From the NCBI GenBank assembly GCA_963968475.1, contig CAXAHE010000002.1, forward strand, positions 14,250 to 46,249: 32,000 nucleotides of DNA, given 5' to 3'. Positions 1-10,254 of this stretch are shown in pieces. The notes below the pieces were generated by a model, which searched no databases, was not told where the DNA came from, and saw only the letters and a list, made by a program, of their open reading frames with translations. The stretch comes from an uncultured Candidatus Poseidoniales archaeon (GTDB lineage: Archaea; Thermoplasmatota; Poseidoniia; Poseidoniales; Poseidoniaceae). Every line of letters begins with the position of its first letter. The stretch's first letter is position 1. The position numbers and the translations under genes were made by a program.

Positions 1-1746
1 TTAACGACGCCAATCATGGCGACTTGCGAGAGGATGACGCCAACCTTGGCCGAAGGCACGGGGGGATACACGAGGCGCAGGTGCCATTTGCCAACGCTTG
101 TGTTCATTGGCCTCGAGTCGTCTAAGCACCGTAACGACAGTTTCCCTATCATGTCCTTTTGTTGCAATTTCATCTGCTCCAAGGCCATCTTCAATGTGAT
201 GCTTTAGGATTGAATCAAGAACAGTGTATGGAGGTAGTGTGTCATCATCACGTTGGTCAGGAGCCAGTTCAGCTGAAGGGGGTTTGGTCAAGGTTGAATC
301 GCTTACTGGAGGAGCCTCTCCATTCTTTACAGCTCGACTGTTGAAGACGTTCGCAAGACCATACACTTCCATCTTGTAGACATCACCGAGAGGAGTGTAC
401 CCTCCAGCCATATCGCCATAAAGTGTACAATAGCCTTGAGCCAGTTCAGATTTGTTTCCAGTTGCAATCGCCATACGTTGTTGGGCGTTTGCATGGGACA
501 TGACAAGAATTGCTCGCAATCGAGCCTGGATGTTTTCTCGAGCAACTGGAGATCCGTTCGTCAACACTGATTCAATTTGATTCTCGACCAAATGATGGAG
601 ATCATCGATTGGAAGGGAATCGTATTCCATCCCCAAAGATACTGCAGTATACTCAGCATCTGATTTTGAGTGCTCGGATGAGAATCGAGAAGGCATAGAA
701 AGGCCAAGTACATTCTCAGGACCTACTGCTGCACAGGCTACACATGCGGCGACTGCAGAATCAATACCTCCGCTTAACCCAAGAACAATTCGCTTAATTC
801 CAGATTTTTTGCAATAATCACGGAGACCTAGCACGACAGCATCTGCAAGAGCCTCGAGAACTGTTTCCTCATCCTGTTCCAGTTCACTTTCTCCGGAAAG
901 CTGAATCAAACCAGTACTCTGCCCTTCTTCCATTGAGATCCATTGTGAATGAGTTGAATCGTTCACATCGATGAGAAGTATTCCTTCCTCCCAAGCAGGT
1001 GCAATTACCACATCTCCGTTAGGCCATGCTCCAAGAGAACGACCATCGAACAGGAGGTCATCGTTTCCACCAACTTGATTGGCAAGCAAGAATGGATGGT
1101 TGAGGCATCCAGCTGCAGTTCGTGCAACACGGAGCCGTGTTTGTATTTTCTCAGCATGATAAGGAGAAGCAGAAAGGTTGACAGTTGCATCGAGTTCTAC
1201 ACCTTGGCGTCCCCATTCTGCAAGTTGTTCAATAGGATCAGCATCGTACTTTGAAGGCGTTTCTCCTGAGACTTGCCAAGCATCCTCGCACACAGTTACA
1301 CCGAGTTCAAATGACCCGTTAATGGTTCGAGCAATCCCTGGACGATCATCTGCATCAAAATAACGGGCTTCATCAAACACATCATATGTAGGAAGAAGTT
1401 GTTTACGAGCCACAACCTTCGCAGGGGCTTGATTACCGATGAGTAAAACACCATTTCCCGGTTGTTCACGGTGATGTTCCGGTACAGTAGGGGTTCCAAC
1501 GAGTACGGGTATGTCTGCGTTGATTTTCATCGCAGTTTCCTGTGCGATTTGGATGAAACTCGGTTGCATAAGTAAGTCTCTGGGAGGATAACCACAAATT
1601 GCAAGTTCAGTACTGACGCAAACAGAAGCACCATGAGATTGAGCTTGAACAACCATTTCTTGTAAACGCTGAGCGTTTCCTACGATATCTCCCACCGTAG
1701 GATTGAATTGAAGCAGGGCGATAAGCCCCTTGCTTTGATTGCCCAT
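1..1746 (-). CDS. nadE: Glutamine-dependent NAD+ synthetase (N-terminal CN-hydrolase/nitrilase domain + C-terminal PP-loop NAD synthase domain)
   Basis: 581-aa ORF with ATG at 1746-1744 and stop TAA at 3-1, so complete. CN-hydrolase catalytic contexts: STELAICGYPP, KQLLPTYDVFDE, VTVCEDAW. PP-loop motif GLSGGIDSAV follows. Confidence 0.93.
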   Translation of the reverse strand: MGNQSKGLIALLQFNPTVGDIVGNAQRLQEMVVQAQSHGASVCVSTELAICGYPPRDLLMQPSFIQIAQETAMKINADIPVLVGTPTVPEHHREQPGNGVLLIGNQAPAKVVARKQLLPTYDVFDEARYFDADDRPGIARTINGSFELGVTVCEDAWQVSGETPSKYDADPIEQLAEWGRQGVELDATVNLSASPYHAEKIQTRLRVARTAAGCLNHPFLLANQVGGNDDLLFDGRSLGAWPNGDVVIAPAWEEGILLIDVNDSTHSQWISMEEGQSTGLIQLSGESELEQDEETVLEALADAVVLGLRDYCKKSGIKRIVLGLSGGIDSAVAACVACAAVGPENVLGLSMPSRFSSEHSKSDAEYTAVSLGMEYDSLPIDDLHHLVENQIESVLTNGSPVARENIQARLRAILVMSHANAQQRMAIATGNKSELAQGYCTLYGDMAGGYTPLGDVYKMEVYGLANVFNSRAVKNGEAPPVSDSTLTKPPSAELAPDQRDDDTLPPYTVLDSILKHHIEDGLGADEIATKGHDRETVVTVLRRLEANEHKRWQMAPAPRVSPRAFGQGWRHPLASRHDWRR

Positions 1747-1784
1747 AGTTTAGCCAACCCGCCGTGATTCATAGCCCTGATGCC

Positions 1785-4700
1785 TTACTTGTATTGGAGA
1801 ATCTCGCCGTTAGCATCTTTGTACCACCAACTCGAATCGTTCGGATCTTGCCACCACCAAACGCCATCAGCACCTTGAGTCCAGCCGTCAGTAGGAGCAG
1901 AGGTTGTTTCAGCAACTGTTGTTGCAGCAGCCACCTCAGGCACCAATAAATCCGCATCAGGATCTTCAACTTCTTCTTCCTCATCTTCAAGATAATCGGA
2001 GTATTCATCCCATTCGATTTCAGATTTAGAACCGCGACGTACGGTTGCATTTCTTGCCATGAGGAGCAATGCGCCAATGATTCCAACTGCTAATAGCAGA
2101 GCAACGGAGCCAAGAACTGGATTAACTTCTCCGAAGACGGATTCAGCAAAGCTTGGTTCACGCTGTGGACGTACATCAATAGATGGCCCATTCGCCTTTT
2201 TACCGTTTTCGAGGACAACTTCAATCCATTGCAAGCCTTCTTGCTCAGGTCCCCAATCCAGAAGGATAGTGCCTACTGAACCCTCTGCAACCTCAACATC
2301 TGCATTTCGAAGAATTGAGGTTGTACCATCTGCTCGAATTACTGAAATTGTGGCTGAAGTCGATCCATCGAGTGTCCCTGTATTCTTGACAAAAATTTGG
2401 ACCGCTGTTGTCTCTCCTTCCTTCACGTCCAACCGGGAATATTGAATTGCAGGACTATCGAGTTCAAACGTCGGCCTCCTCCATTCCATAAGCCATGAAG
2501 TAACGGCATTCCCAGAAGATTCTCCATTTGCCCCGAGCACTTGGTTTCCGGCAAGGTCACGTCCTTCCACAAGGACGTTTACAGTTAACAGGTCAATCAA
2601 CATCTCATCGGTTATGACAGAGAGATCCATTGTTCCTGTCCCTACAATATTGAGGCCACTGATTTCAGTTCCCTGAAGCAAGAATGGAGCGTCGCCACCA
2701 CGAAGGTAATCACCTGTTGCAGTATCTTCAACCCACCATACTAGCCGTAAGGATTCGTAGTCAATACCACCTTCTTCGGAAAGAACGATAGTGACTTCAT
2801 GTTCATCAGCCGAGAGAATAGCTCCCGGACGAGGTGTTTGAACTTCTTTTGGTTCAGGACCAAGCCCGTCGACGATCATCCATTTCACCGATGATTCTTT
2901 TGCAGTAGAATCAATACCTTGAGGTGGCAAGCAACCCACTGACCAAGTAAGTGGTATCGTTCCAGAAGTCGAGGGACTTACCAGTGGTACGTTCCATATG
3001 CCATCGTATGTCTGAACTGAATAGGTTTGTCCTGCAAACATAACATCGACGCTGCAGTTGAATGCTGGCATTGTGGTTGTTTTGTCAAAGACAAGTCCAC
3101 CCGTAAGTTCGAACGGAGAATTCGGAGGAATACGGGCTCCATCTTCAAGGGATGAGCCTTGAGTCAATACCAGAGAAACAGTCTCTTGAGGAATCGTCAA
3201 TGCAGGTGAAAACCGCCAGCGTAGTGCTGGGAATGTTTGGAGAGCTTCTTGACCCGCACGGTCAACAATTCGAACACTTGGTTCTCGGAACGTATCCCCC
3301 AAATCGGGTGTTGTCCAAGCGAGTTCTAAATCAGCGATAAGGCGAGTCTCTTTCTCATACGGTCCTGCTTGGGCGCCACTAAGAGCAAGCATATCACACG
3401 AGTGGATGATGAGATGTATGCTGTTCGATGTACATGAATCTGTGACAAAATCCCATGTAAACGACAATGGAGAGGTAAGAATATTTGAAGCAAGTTGAAT
3501 CTCCACAGTGGTCAAATCTGAAGCACCGTTTGGCTCGTTCATATCAACACGAAGTGTGTATGGCTGGCCTGGATGAAGCCAAGATTGAACCCCCCCACTC
3601 CACGACATTGCATTTGAAGGAAGTGTAGGAGGGCCGTCTGGTCCAAGTTGATACATGAACAAATGCTCTCCATCAACTGAAGTTCCACCATCCTGCAAGG
3701 ATTGTCCTGAAGCATCATTTCCAACAAGATATCCAGCAACTTTCTGACCTAATGACCCCATCGAATCATCGAAGAGAAGCGTGTACAATCCCGTTGAGAC
3801 TGTTAGATCAGTCGGGATAATCAACGACCTTGAATTATATTCATCAGCGCTTGGCAACCCGTTAAGGTCAGTATCGTCAGCCCATTCTCTCCACAGCATG
3901 ACCTGAACATTCGAGGGCAAGAGAACTGGATCGAGAATTTGGAATTGGACTGTTTGGCTGGTTGAAGCAACACGATGGTCGTACCAATCAATGCTCGAGA
4001 AAATTACTGAGGGCGAGGTTGGGTCAATCTTGAAGGAACGGATTTGTTCTGAATCATTGGTCATGCCACCCCCTTCTAACGGAACCACTCGTACGGTCCA
4101 AGCAAGGTCACCGAACGTAAACGGTGCAGCATCTGAAACGTTCCACATATCAACATCGAGAGAGGTCGTGTTCGCGACCATTGTCGAGCCTTGCCACAGT
4201 TGTACTTCGGCATCACCATCAACAAATGAATCGATTCCGTCTACACCCTCATAGCCGATATCGATTGAAAAGTTCAGCCCAGTACCTGCCGCAAGGTATT
4301 CTTTTGAAATCGGAACTGGCCCATTATCATCAGTGATGAGAACGGATTTGATGACAAGGTCGTTTTCTAACGCCTGAAGTCCTGTTCCGCCCCAGAAACT
4401 TTGACTCGGTCGTGAAACAACATCGTTGTCCAAAACAACTCGCATCGATACCGACAGTTGTTGTTCATCATCCCAGCCTTGTTCAATTCTGAATTGTACC
4501 GTCATCTCACTCATTGTTGCAGAAATACTGGTGACAGTGATTGGTTCGGTTGGGTGGAGTTCTACAAGATGGCTATCACCTTGTCCGAGGGGCGTGCTAC
4601 CGCCGACTGGAAGTAACCACGTCGCATGGTTCAGGTCGCCTTGCACGTCCAAACGAACAAGAGTTGCGGAACGATCTTCATCAATATCGAATCTTGTAGT

Positions 4701-6872
4701 GAACGACATCCAACGTTGTGATGGCGTCATTGGCCATGTTGCATTATCGATAGATGCAGTGCCTGTTTCAACATCTTCACTAAAGCCGAGATCAGTTACT
4801 TCAACCACAATTTTTCCATTCGACAATCCAGAGAATGGGAAGGTTATGCTCGGAGTTGCACTTACTGTTCTTGTTGCTGAGTTTGCAGCCATCACCAAAG
4901 GTGATTGCTCATCAGCACTGATCGAAATCGAGGTATTGTAAGGAACTGCAAGATTAGAAAAGGTTGCAAAACCGTTCCCGTATGCTTCGATGTCCACAAG
5001 TGCAAAGCCTTCGCCCATGTGATAAAGCACAGCGGATTGACTTGACAAGGTCGCCTCCAATAACTCAAGTTCGGAAGCGTTGAGTTGTAAATGAGATACT
5101 GTGGTTCCATCAATGGCCTTTGAAACAATTGTAGAACTGCCGACACGAAGAGAGATTCCCGTCATGTTCCCGTTTTCAGATGAGACTCCAAGGCCAAAAC
5201 CACTCAATTCCGAAGTTGGAATCCAAGCTGACGTCGAAGCAATACCAGAAAATCCGAACCCGGATGAAGTTGAATATTTCCCTGAATCAAATTTGTCTTG
5301 GAATCCCCATGATCCAATGCGCACATCTTCTGAGCCCCATTCATCGATTCCATCATTGTTGATGTCGAGAGATGGTGCAATGGTTTTAGCACCCGTTTGT
5401 AATGTCACTTGCACCTTATCGAGTAAACTTGGAGTGCTAGAATTATGAACAAATTGAAGCTGGAATGAATGTTCATTCGCTTCGAGAGTTCCAGTGTATG
5501 GTAGACTTATCGAAGTCCAGTTATCTGTAGAATGATGACGAACATAAGCATCGTATTCACTCATCACTGCTGAGACCAAATAGCCAGCCATGGGCGCATT
5601 GTTAGCAAACCATGGAGAAATTACAGTACTGTTGTTCATTGAAGTCAAACCTCTCGACAAAACTGATGCATTGGTTACGCTCCATCCACGATTAGAAGGA
5701 TCGGTTGTGAATTCCTCGGTTATGAGACCTCCGGCAGAAATTGATTCAATGATCGGCATTGCATTGGTGCTTGAACCAGAAAGTTCCAGAAGGAGTCTCA
5801 TCGAACCATACTCGTCCCATTCGAGTGCATCGAGATGGATTCGAGTTCCGTTGATCCCTTCAAACCCAGATATGTTTTCCCCTGCGACCTCATCAATGAG
5901 CGTCCATGAGATGACTGAATTTTCAGGAAGATCTGCATTGACATACATCGGCGCATATGGACCTTCTGCAAGGGAAAACGAGTTGGAAGTATTGTATCCG
6001 AACGAAGGACTGAGCCATGTCGTTACCGGTGGAACAACGATTTTGACATCATCTATGAACCAAAAGTCGCAACAAGTAGAGCCACCACCACTTCCTGACG
6101 TTTGCTGAATTCTGAATTGTGAATTCGCATGGAGAGCTGCTACGGGAAGCGTGGCTGAAAATTGGAAATTCGATTTAGGAGTTCCGCCGAACCCAGCTGC
6201 TTGGAACGTATGGAAAGTAATCCATTGTGAATTAGCGTTTTTGTATTTGAATTGAAGATTCTCACCACTATCAGGTGTTTCACCACAACCACTCCTACCT
6301 TCATGCACCCAAGCATTGAATGGAATATTCACTCGATTTGCGAGGTCAATTACAGGAGAAGTAGCAAAAGTCGAACCACCATGAGTTCTAATCGAGCCTC
6401 CACTTGAACCGTTGTACCCACACGCTGGTGAGGTAATTCGACTGCTCAATGAATTTGAAAACGTCCATCCTTGAGCACCGTTGTTGAAATCATATCCTGG
6501 CGAAGAACCAGACCCTGTCAACAATCCGGATTGAGAGAAGGTGTTGCTGTGAGTCGCATCTGGGTGATTCCAGGCAGATGCACCTTGCCATAAGAGGGTT
6601 TGAGAATTTTGAAGCGGTACTGATTGCATCGTCATCTCAAGATTTGTGATCGAACCTGTAGAGGAAGGGAGTGTCAACTCAAACGGGTTTTGGCTTGTTT
6701 GACCGGGTCGAATATCAACGGCTACTGGTGTATTCTCCCCAACTAAGTTCAGTGCAGTGGTCTCTTCAAGAACTTCAAAGGGAGCAGAAGGGGCAAGTGA
6801 AGTGAACGGAGCGAACACAAATAAGAACAGAACGAAGAAAGCAACGCTCCGACCGTTCAAAGACCCGGCCAT
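1785..6872 (-). CDS. Giant (1695 aa) surface protein: signal peptide, MAM/jelly-roll-like module, long beta-rich ectodomain, CARDB-like module, one C-terminal TM helix, 90-aa cytoplasmic tail with Trp-rich tandem motif
   Basis: Uninterrupted 5088-nt ORF, ATG at 6872-6870. N-terminus MAGSLNGRSVAFFVLFLFVFAPFTSLAPSAP looks like a signal peptide. C-terminal helix PVLGSVALLLAVGIIGALLLM (2058-2120) is followed by RNATVRRGSK (positive-inside) and an acidic tail. The CARDB-like segment FVKNTGTLDG...LLDWGPEQEGLQWIEVV lies just before the TM. Confidence 0.88.
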   Translation of the reverse strand: MAGSLNGRSVAFFVLFLFVFAPFTSLAPSAPFEVLEETTALNLVGENTPVAVDIRPGQTSQNPFELTLPSSTGSITNLEMTMQSVPLQNSQTLLWQGASAWNHPDATHSNTFSQSGLLTGSGSSPGYDFNNGAQGWTFSNSLSSRITSPACGYNGSSGGSIRTHGGSTFATSPVIDLANRVNIPFNAWVHEGRSGCGETPDSGENLQFKYKNANSQWITFHTFQAAGFGGTPKSNFQFSATLPVAALHANSQFRIQQTSGSGGGSTCCDFWFIDDVKIVVPPVTTWLSPSFGYNTSNSFSLAEGPYAPMYVNADLPENSVISWTLIDEVAGENISGFEGINGTRIHLDALEWDEYGSMRLLLELSGSSTNAMPIIESISAGGLITEEFTTDPSNRGWSVTNASVLSRGLTSMNNSTVISPWFANNAPMAGYLVSAVMSEYDAYVRHHSTDNWTSISLPYTGTLEANEHSFQLQFVHNSSTPSLLDKVQVTLQTGAKTIAPSLDINNDGIDEWGSEDVRIGSWGFQDKFDSGKYSTSSGFGFSGIASTSAWIPTSELSGFGLGVSSENGNMTGISLRVGSSTIVSKAIDGTTVSHLQLNASELELLEATLSSQSAVLYHMGEGFALVDIEAYGNGFATFSNLAVPYNTSISISADEQSPLVMAANSATRTVSATPSITFPFSGLSNGKIVVEVTDLGFSEDVETGTASIDNATWPMTPSQRWMSFTTRFDIDEDRSATLVRLDVQGDLNHATWLLPVGGSTPLGQGDSHLVELHPTEPITVTSISATMSEMTVQFRIEQGWDDEQQLSVSMRVVLDNDVVSRPSQSFWGGTGLQALENDLVIKSVLITDDNGPVPISKEYLAAGTGLNFSIDIGYEGVDGIDSFVDGDAEVQLWQGSTMVANTTSLDVDMWNVSDAAPFTFGDLAWTVRVVPLEGGGMTNDSEQIRSFKIDPTSPSVIFSSIDWYDHRVASTSQTVQFQILDPVLLPSNVQVMLWREWADDTDLNGLPSADEYNSRSLIIPTDLTVSTGLYTLLFDDSMGSLGQKVAGYLVGNDASGQSLQDGGTSVDGEHLFMYQLGPDGPPTLPSNAMSWSGGVQSWLHPGQPYTLRVDMNEPNGASDLTTVEIQLASNILTSPLSFTWDFVTDSCTSNSIHLIIHSCDMLALSGAQAGPYEKETRLIADLELAWTTPDLGDTFREPSVRIVDRAGQEALQTFPALRWRFSPALTIPQETVSLVLTQGSSLEDGARIPPNSPFELTGGLVFDKTTTMPAFNCSVDVMFAGQTYSVQTYDGIWNVPLVSPSTSGTIPLTWSVGCLPPQGIDSTAKESSVKWMIVDGLGPEPKEVQTPRPGAILSADEHEVTIVLSEEGGIDYESLRLVWWVEDTATGDYLRGGDAPFLLQGTEISGLNIVGTGTMDLSVITDEMLIDLLTVNVLVEGRDLAGNQVLGANGESSGNAVTSWLMEWRRPTFELDSPAIQYSRLDVKEGETTAVQIFVKNTGTLDGSTSATISVIRADGTTSILRNADVEVAEGSVGTILLDWGPEQEGLQWIEVVLENGKKANGPSIDVRPQREPSFAESVFGEVNPVLGSVALLLAVGIIGALLLMARNATVRRGSKSEIEWDEYSDYLEDEEEEVEDPDADLLVPEVAAATTVAETTSAPTDGWTQGADGVWWWQDPNDSSWWYKDANGEILQYK

Positions 6873-6969
6873 GTAACTGCCTGAATTTGAAAGGTCTTGA
6901 ATGTGTCACTCCTCAATCTTCCTTCAAAATGAGGGAGAGGTTGAAATCAACCGTGTGATTCGCAGGGTC

Positions 6970-9900
6970 ATGGTTCGACCGTCAGCAGCAGGTGACCTCG
7001 ATGCAGTAGCGCTTGAAACCGCTTTACTGGATACATGGAAGAATGAAAACGCCTTTGAATCTTCAATTGGTTCGAGTAAAGATGGCGCACCCTTCATTTT
7101 CTTGGAAGGCCCACCAACTGCAAACGGAAAGCCTGGGATTCATCACGTTGTAGCAAGAGCCTACAAGGATCTTGTATGCCGTTGGAAGACCATGGAAGGC
7201 TTCCTCGTACAACGGAAAGGTGGCTGGGATACACACGGATTGCCTGTTGAAATTGAAGTCCAAAAACGACTTGATTTAATGAGTAACGAAGCCATAGAAG
7301 AATTCGGAATGCAAGCCTTCAATGACGCTTGTCGAGAAAGCGTCTGGACCTATGAAAGCGCTTGGAGAGAAATGACGGAACGAATGGCTTATTGGGTCGA
7401 TTTGGACAATCCATACGTCACATTAGACAACAATTATGTTGAGTCTTGCTGGTGGGCTCTCAAGCAAATGTTCGATAAAAACCTCTTGTATCGTGGCCAT
7501 AAGGTACTTCCTTATTGTCCACAAACAGGAACATCTTACTCCAGTCATGAAGTTGCACTCGGCTACAAAGAAGTCGAGGAACCTTCGGTCTACATCAAAT
7601 TCAAACTAACCGATGATGATGCATCCATCCTAGCATGGACAACAACGCCTTGGACACTTCCTGGTAACGTTGGACTCGCGGTTGGGCCAGAAGTCACCTA
7701 CGCTCGTTGTAGAGTTCGAGAAGAACCTGAAGGATGGAAAGGCAGAGGTGGAGCAAGAGTTGGCGAAGAATTGATTCTTGCCAAGGATTTGATGGGCGAA
7801 GTACTAAGGCACCACGTCGATATTATCGAAGAGATTCCTGGTTCTGCTCTGGTTGGCCGTTCGTATGAACCGCTCTTCCCAGGCGCTGTCCCTCGAGGAG
7901 ATTCTGAGACGGCATGGACTGTACTTTCCGCCGACTGGGTTACGACAACAGATGGTACAGGTGTTGTTCACACCGCAGTCATGTACGGTGAAGACGATTA
8001 CAATCTCGGCATGGAAGTTGGACTGCCTGCGTATCACACTGTCGGAATGAATGGTCATTTCGTCCCGGGAATTCATCCACAACTCGATGGAAGATATGTT
8101 AAGGAATGTGATGATTCTGTCATGGAAATTCTTGTCGAACAAAACGAAAACGTTTCTTCTGGCCTCTTATACCGAGAGAAAAGTTACCTCCACGATTATC
8201 CTCATTGCTGGAGAACCGATCATCCTCTGCTTTACTATGCCATGGATTCTTGGTTTGTTCGTATGACAGCAGTCAAAGAGCGTCTCCTCGAATTCAACGA
8301 TGGTGTCGAATGGGCACCTGATTGGGTTGGTGAAGGTCGATTTGGTGAATGGATACGAAACGTCAAGGATTGGGCTATTTCTCGAGAGAGATACTGGGGA
8401 ACACCCCTCCCAGTTTGGAGAGATGAAGAAGGAAATATGAAATGTATCGGTTCGATTGCTGAACTTCAAGAAGAAGTTGCCAAAGCAAGAGCTGCTGGAA
8501 TTGAAAATCCTGATTGTCCAGCAGATGTCGACTTACACAGACCAGTCGTTGATGCATTTACATTGGTATCAGATAACGGTAAGCCGATGAAGAGAGAACC
8601 ATTTGTCATGGATTGCTGGTTTGATTCGGGTTGTGCACCGTTCGCTCAATGGCATCATCCATTTAGCGAAGAGAACACATTCGATTCATCCTTCCCTGTT
8701 GATTACATCTGTGAAGGAGTTGACCAAACCAGAGGATGGTTTTACACACTCTTAGCGGTTTCAACAACCGTTTTTGATTCGCCTGCTTACAAGCGATGTT
8801 TGTCACTCGGCCTAATTCTTGATGCTGAAGGGAAAAAGATGTCGAAATCTAAAGGAAATATTGTTGATCCATGGGACCATTTCAACCGAGAAGGTGCTGA
8901 TGCAACACGTTGGTACATGGTGACCGCTGGAGCTCCATGGAATCCTCTGAAATTCGATTCAAACGGTGTTCGAGAGACCTATGCAAAGATGTTCTTGACT
9001 CTGTGGAATGTCTATCGTTTCCATGCAGATTATGCGGCTTTGGATGGCTTTGATCCTGAAACTCAACCGCTACCTGTCGAAGAGCGCTCAAGACTTGATC
9101 GCTGGATTCTATCAAAACTTCATACGACCGCACGGGCATATCATGAAGGATTCACGAGCTGGAATTTCCACAAAGCATGTCGTGATCTCGAAGATTTCAT
9201 TGTCAATGATTTGTCAAATTGGTATGTTCGCCGTAGTCGCCGTCGATTGTGGGATGAAGCAGAATCAAACGACAAACTTGCTTGTCAACACACACTTCAT
9301 GAAGTTCTTGTCACCTTGAGTAAACTCATTGCTCCTGTCAGCCCATTCATGGTCGATACAATTCATCGTAATCTAACAGGAACATCTGTCCATCTCACCG
9401 ATTGGCCAGTCGGAACACCTGGCTCGGTTGAAGGAGCGACAGCAGATGTGTGGGATGAAGCACGTTGTGAAGCAACGACAAACCTACCTCCACACGATTC
9501 TCAACTGGAGATTGAAATGGAACTTGTGCGTGAACTCGCAGAAACTGGTCGTCGCATCCGAATCGATGCACAACGGAGGCAACGCCTTCCATGTGCCGAA
9601 GGATTCATCGTTGCTGGACCAAACTTAGAGCCATACCATGACCTTCTATCGGAAGAACTGAATGTTGAAACAATCTCTGTTGAAACAGACCTAGACAGAT
9701 TTCAGCAAATCGCACTAGCCGTTAATTTCAGAGCATTAGCACCAAAAGCAAAAGGCGATGTTAACGCAATTGCAAACGAATTGAAAGGAAACGGAGACCC
9801 AGAAGCACTTCTTGCAGAGATTAAAGCAGGAAACTGCATTATTATGGGTGTTGCAATCGAAGAATCTGATGTTGAAGTTCGACGAACAGAACGAGAAGGG

Positions 9901-10245
9901 TTTGCAGCTGCAACCGTGACACTTGGCGAAGGTGATGAAGCACAACATGTGAGCCTTGTATTGGATATGCAAGATACTCCTGAACTCCTATCCAAAGGAT
10001 TAGCAAGAGACATTACCAGACGAATCCAATCCAAGCGTAAGGATCTGAACCTCGAGATTGAGGCAACCATTGATGTGGATGTATGGATGATAAATGCTCC
10101 AGAATTATTCGCTGATGATCAGGAATGGATCGCAAAGGAAACTCGTGCCTCAGGTATTGCTTTCCACAGTGATAACGCACCTGAAGGCACAGAAAACTTC
10201 GATGTTGATGGCGCTCATATATCCTACAGGGTTCAATCCAACTGA
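6970..10245 (+). CDS. ileS: Isoleucyl-tRNA synthetase
   Basis: ORF track gives 6901-10245. I prefer the ATG at 6970 (MVRPSAAGDLDAVALETALLDTWKNENAFE). It gives a normal N-terminal length and leaves a 97-bp divergent intergenic region. Class I motifs: PPTANGKPGIHHV (HIGH-type) and KKMSKSKGN (KMSKS). IleRS-typical DWAISRERYWGTPLPVW is present. Confidence 0.93.
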   Translation: MVRPSAAGDLDAVALETALLDTWKNENAFESSIGSSKDGAPFIFLEGPPTANGKPGIHHVVARAYKDLVCRWKTMEGFLVQRKGGWDTHGLPVEIEVQKRLDLMSNEAIEEFGMQAFNDACRESVWTYESAWREMTERMAYWVDLDNPYVTLDNNYVESCWWALKQMFDKNLLYRGHKVLPYCPQTGTSYSSHEVALGYKEVEEPSVYIKFKLTDDDASILAWTTTPWTLPGNVGLAVGPEVTYARCRVREEPEGWKGRGGARVGEELILAKDLMGEVLRHHVDIIEEIPGSALVGRSYEPLFPGAVPRGDSETAWTVLSADWVTTTDGTGVVHTAVMYGEDDYNLGMEVGLPAYHTVGMNGHFVPGIHPQLDGRYVKECDDSVMEILVEQNENVSSGLLYREKSYLHDYPHCWRTDHPLLYYAMDSWFVRMTAVKERLLEFNDGVEWAPDWVGEGRFGEWIRNVKDWAISRERYWGTPLPVWRDEEGNMKCIGSIAELQEEVAKARAAGIENPDCPADVDLHRPVVDAFTLVSDNGKPMKREPFVMDCWFDSGCAPFAQWHHPFSEENTFDSSFPVDYICEGVDQTRGWFYTLLAVSTTVFDSPAYKRCLSLGLILDAEGKKMSKSKGNIVDPWDHFNREGADATRWYMVTAGAPWNPLKFDSNGVRETYAKMFLTLWNVYRFHADYAALDGFDPETQPLPVEERSRLDRWILSKLHTTARAYHEGFTSWNFHKACRDLEDFIVNDLSNWYVRRSRRRLWDEAESNDKLACQHTLHEVLVTLSKLIAPVSPFMVDTIHRNLTGTSVHLTDWPVGTPGSVEGATADVWDEARCEATTNLPPHDSQLEIEMELVRELAETGRRIRIDAQRRQRLPCAEGFIVAGPNLEPYHDLLSEELNVETISVETDLDRFQQIALAVNFRALAPKAKGDVNAIANELKGNGDPEALLAEIKAGNCIIMGVAIEESDVEVRRTEREGFAAATVTLGEGDEAQHVSLVLDMQDTPELLSKGLARDITRRIQSKRKDLNLEIEATIDVDVWMINAPELFADDQEWIAKETRASGIAFHSDNAPEGTENFDVDGAHISYRVQSN

Positions 10246-10254
10246 GGCTATCCA

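Noticed and set aside
1788-1889. Calling the Trp-rich tail a bona fide WW domain
   Set aside because: It lacks the canonical second Trp followed by x-x-Pro and the full three-strand length. I report it only as a WW/GYF/cell-wall-repeat-like aromatic hairpin motif pending profile and structure checks.
6939-6952. Palindrome GGTTGA-AA-TCAACC in the divergent region upstream of ileS
   Set aside because: It forms only 5-6 bp with a minimal loop. That is too weak to call a regulatory hairpin or operator without comparative support.
6901-6969. N-terminal extension of ileS from the ATG at 6901 (MCHSSIFLQNEGEVEINRVIRRV)
   Set aside because: It has no counterpart in IleRS N-termini as I know them. 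It would leave only 28 bp for two divergent promoters. The ATG at 6970 gives a normal N-terminus.
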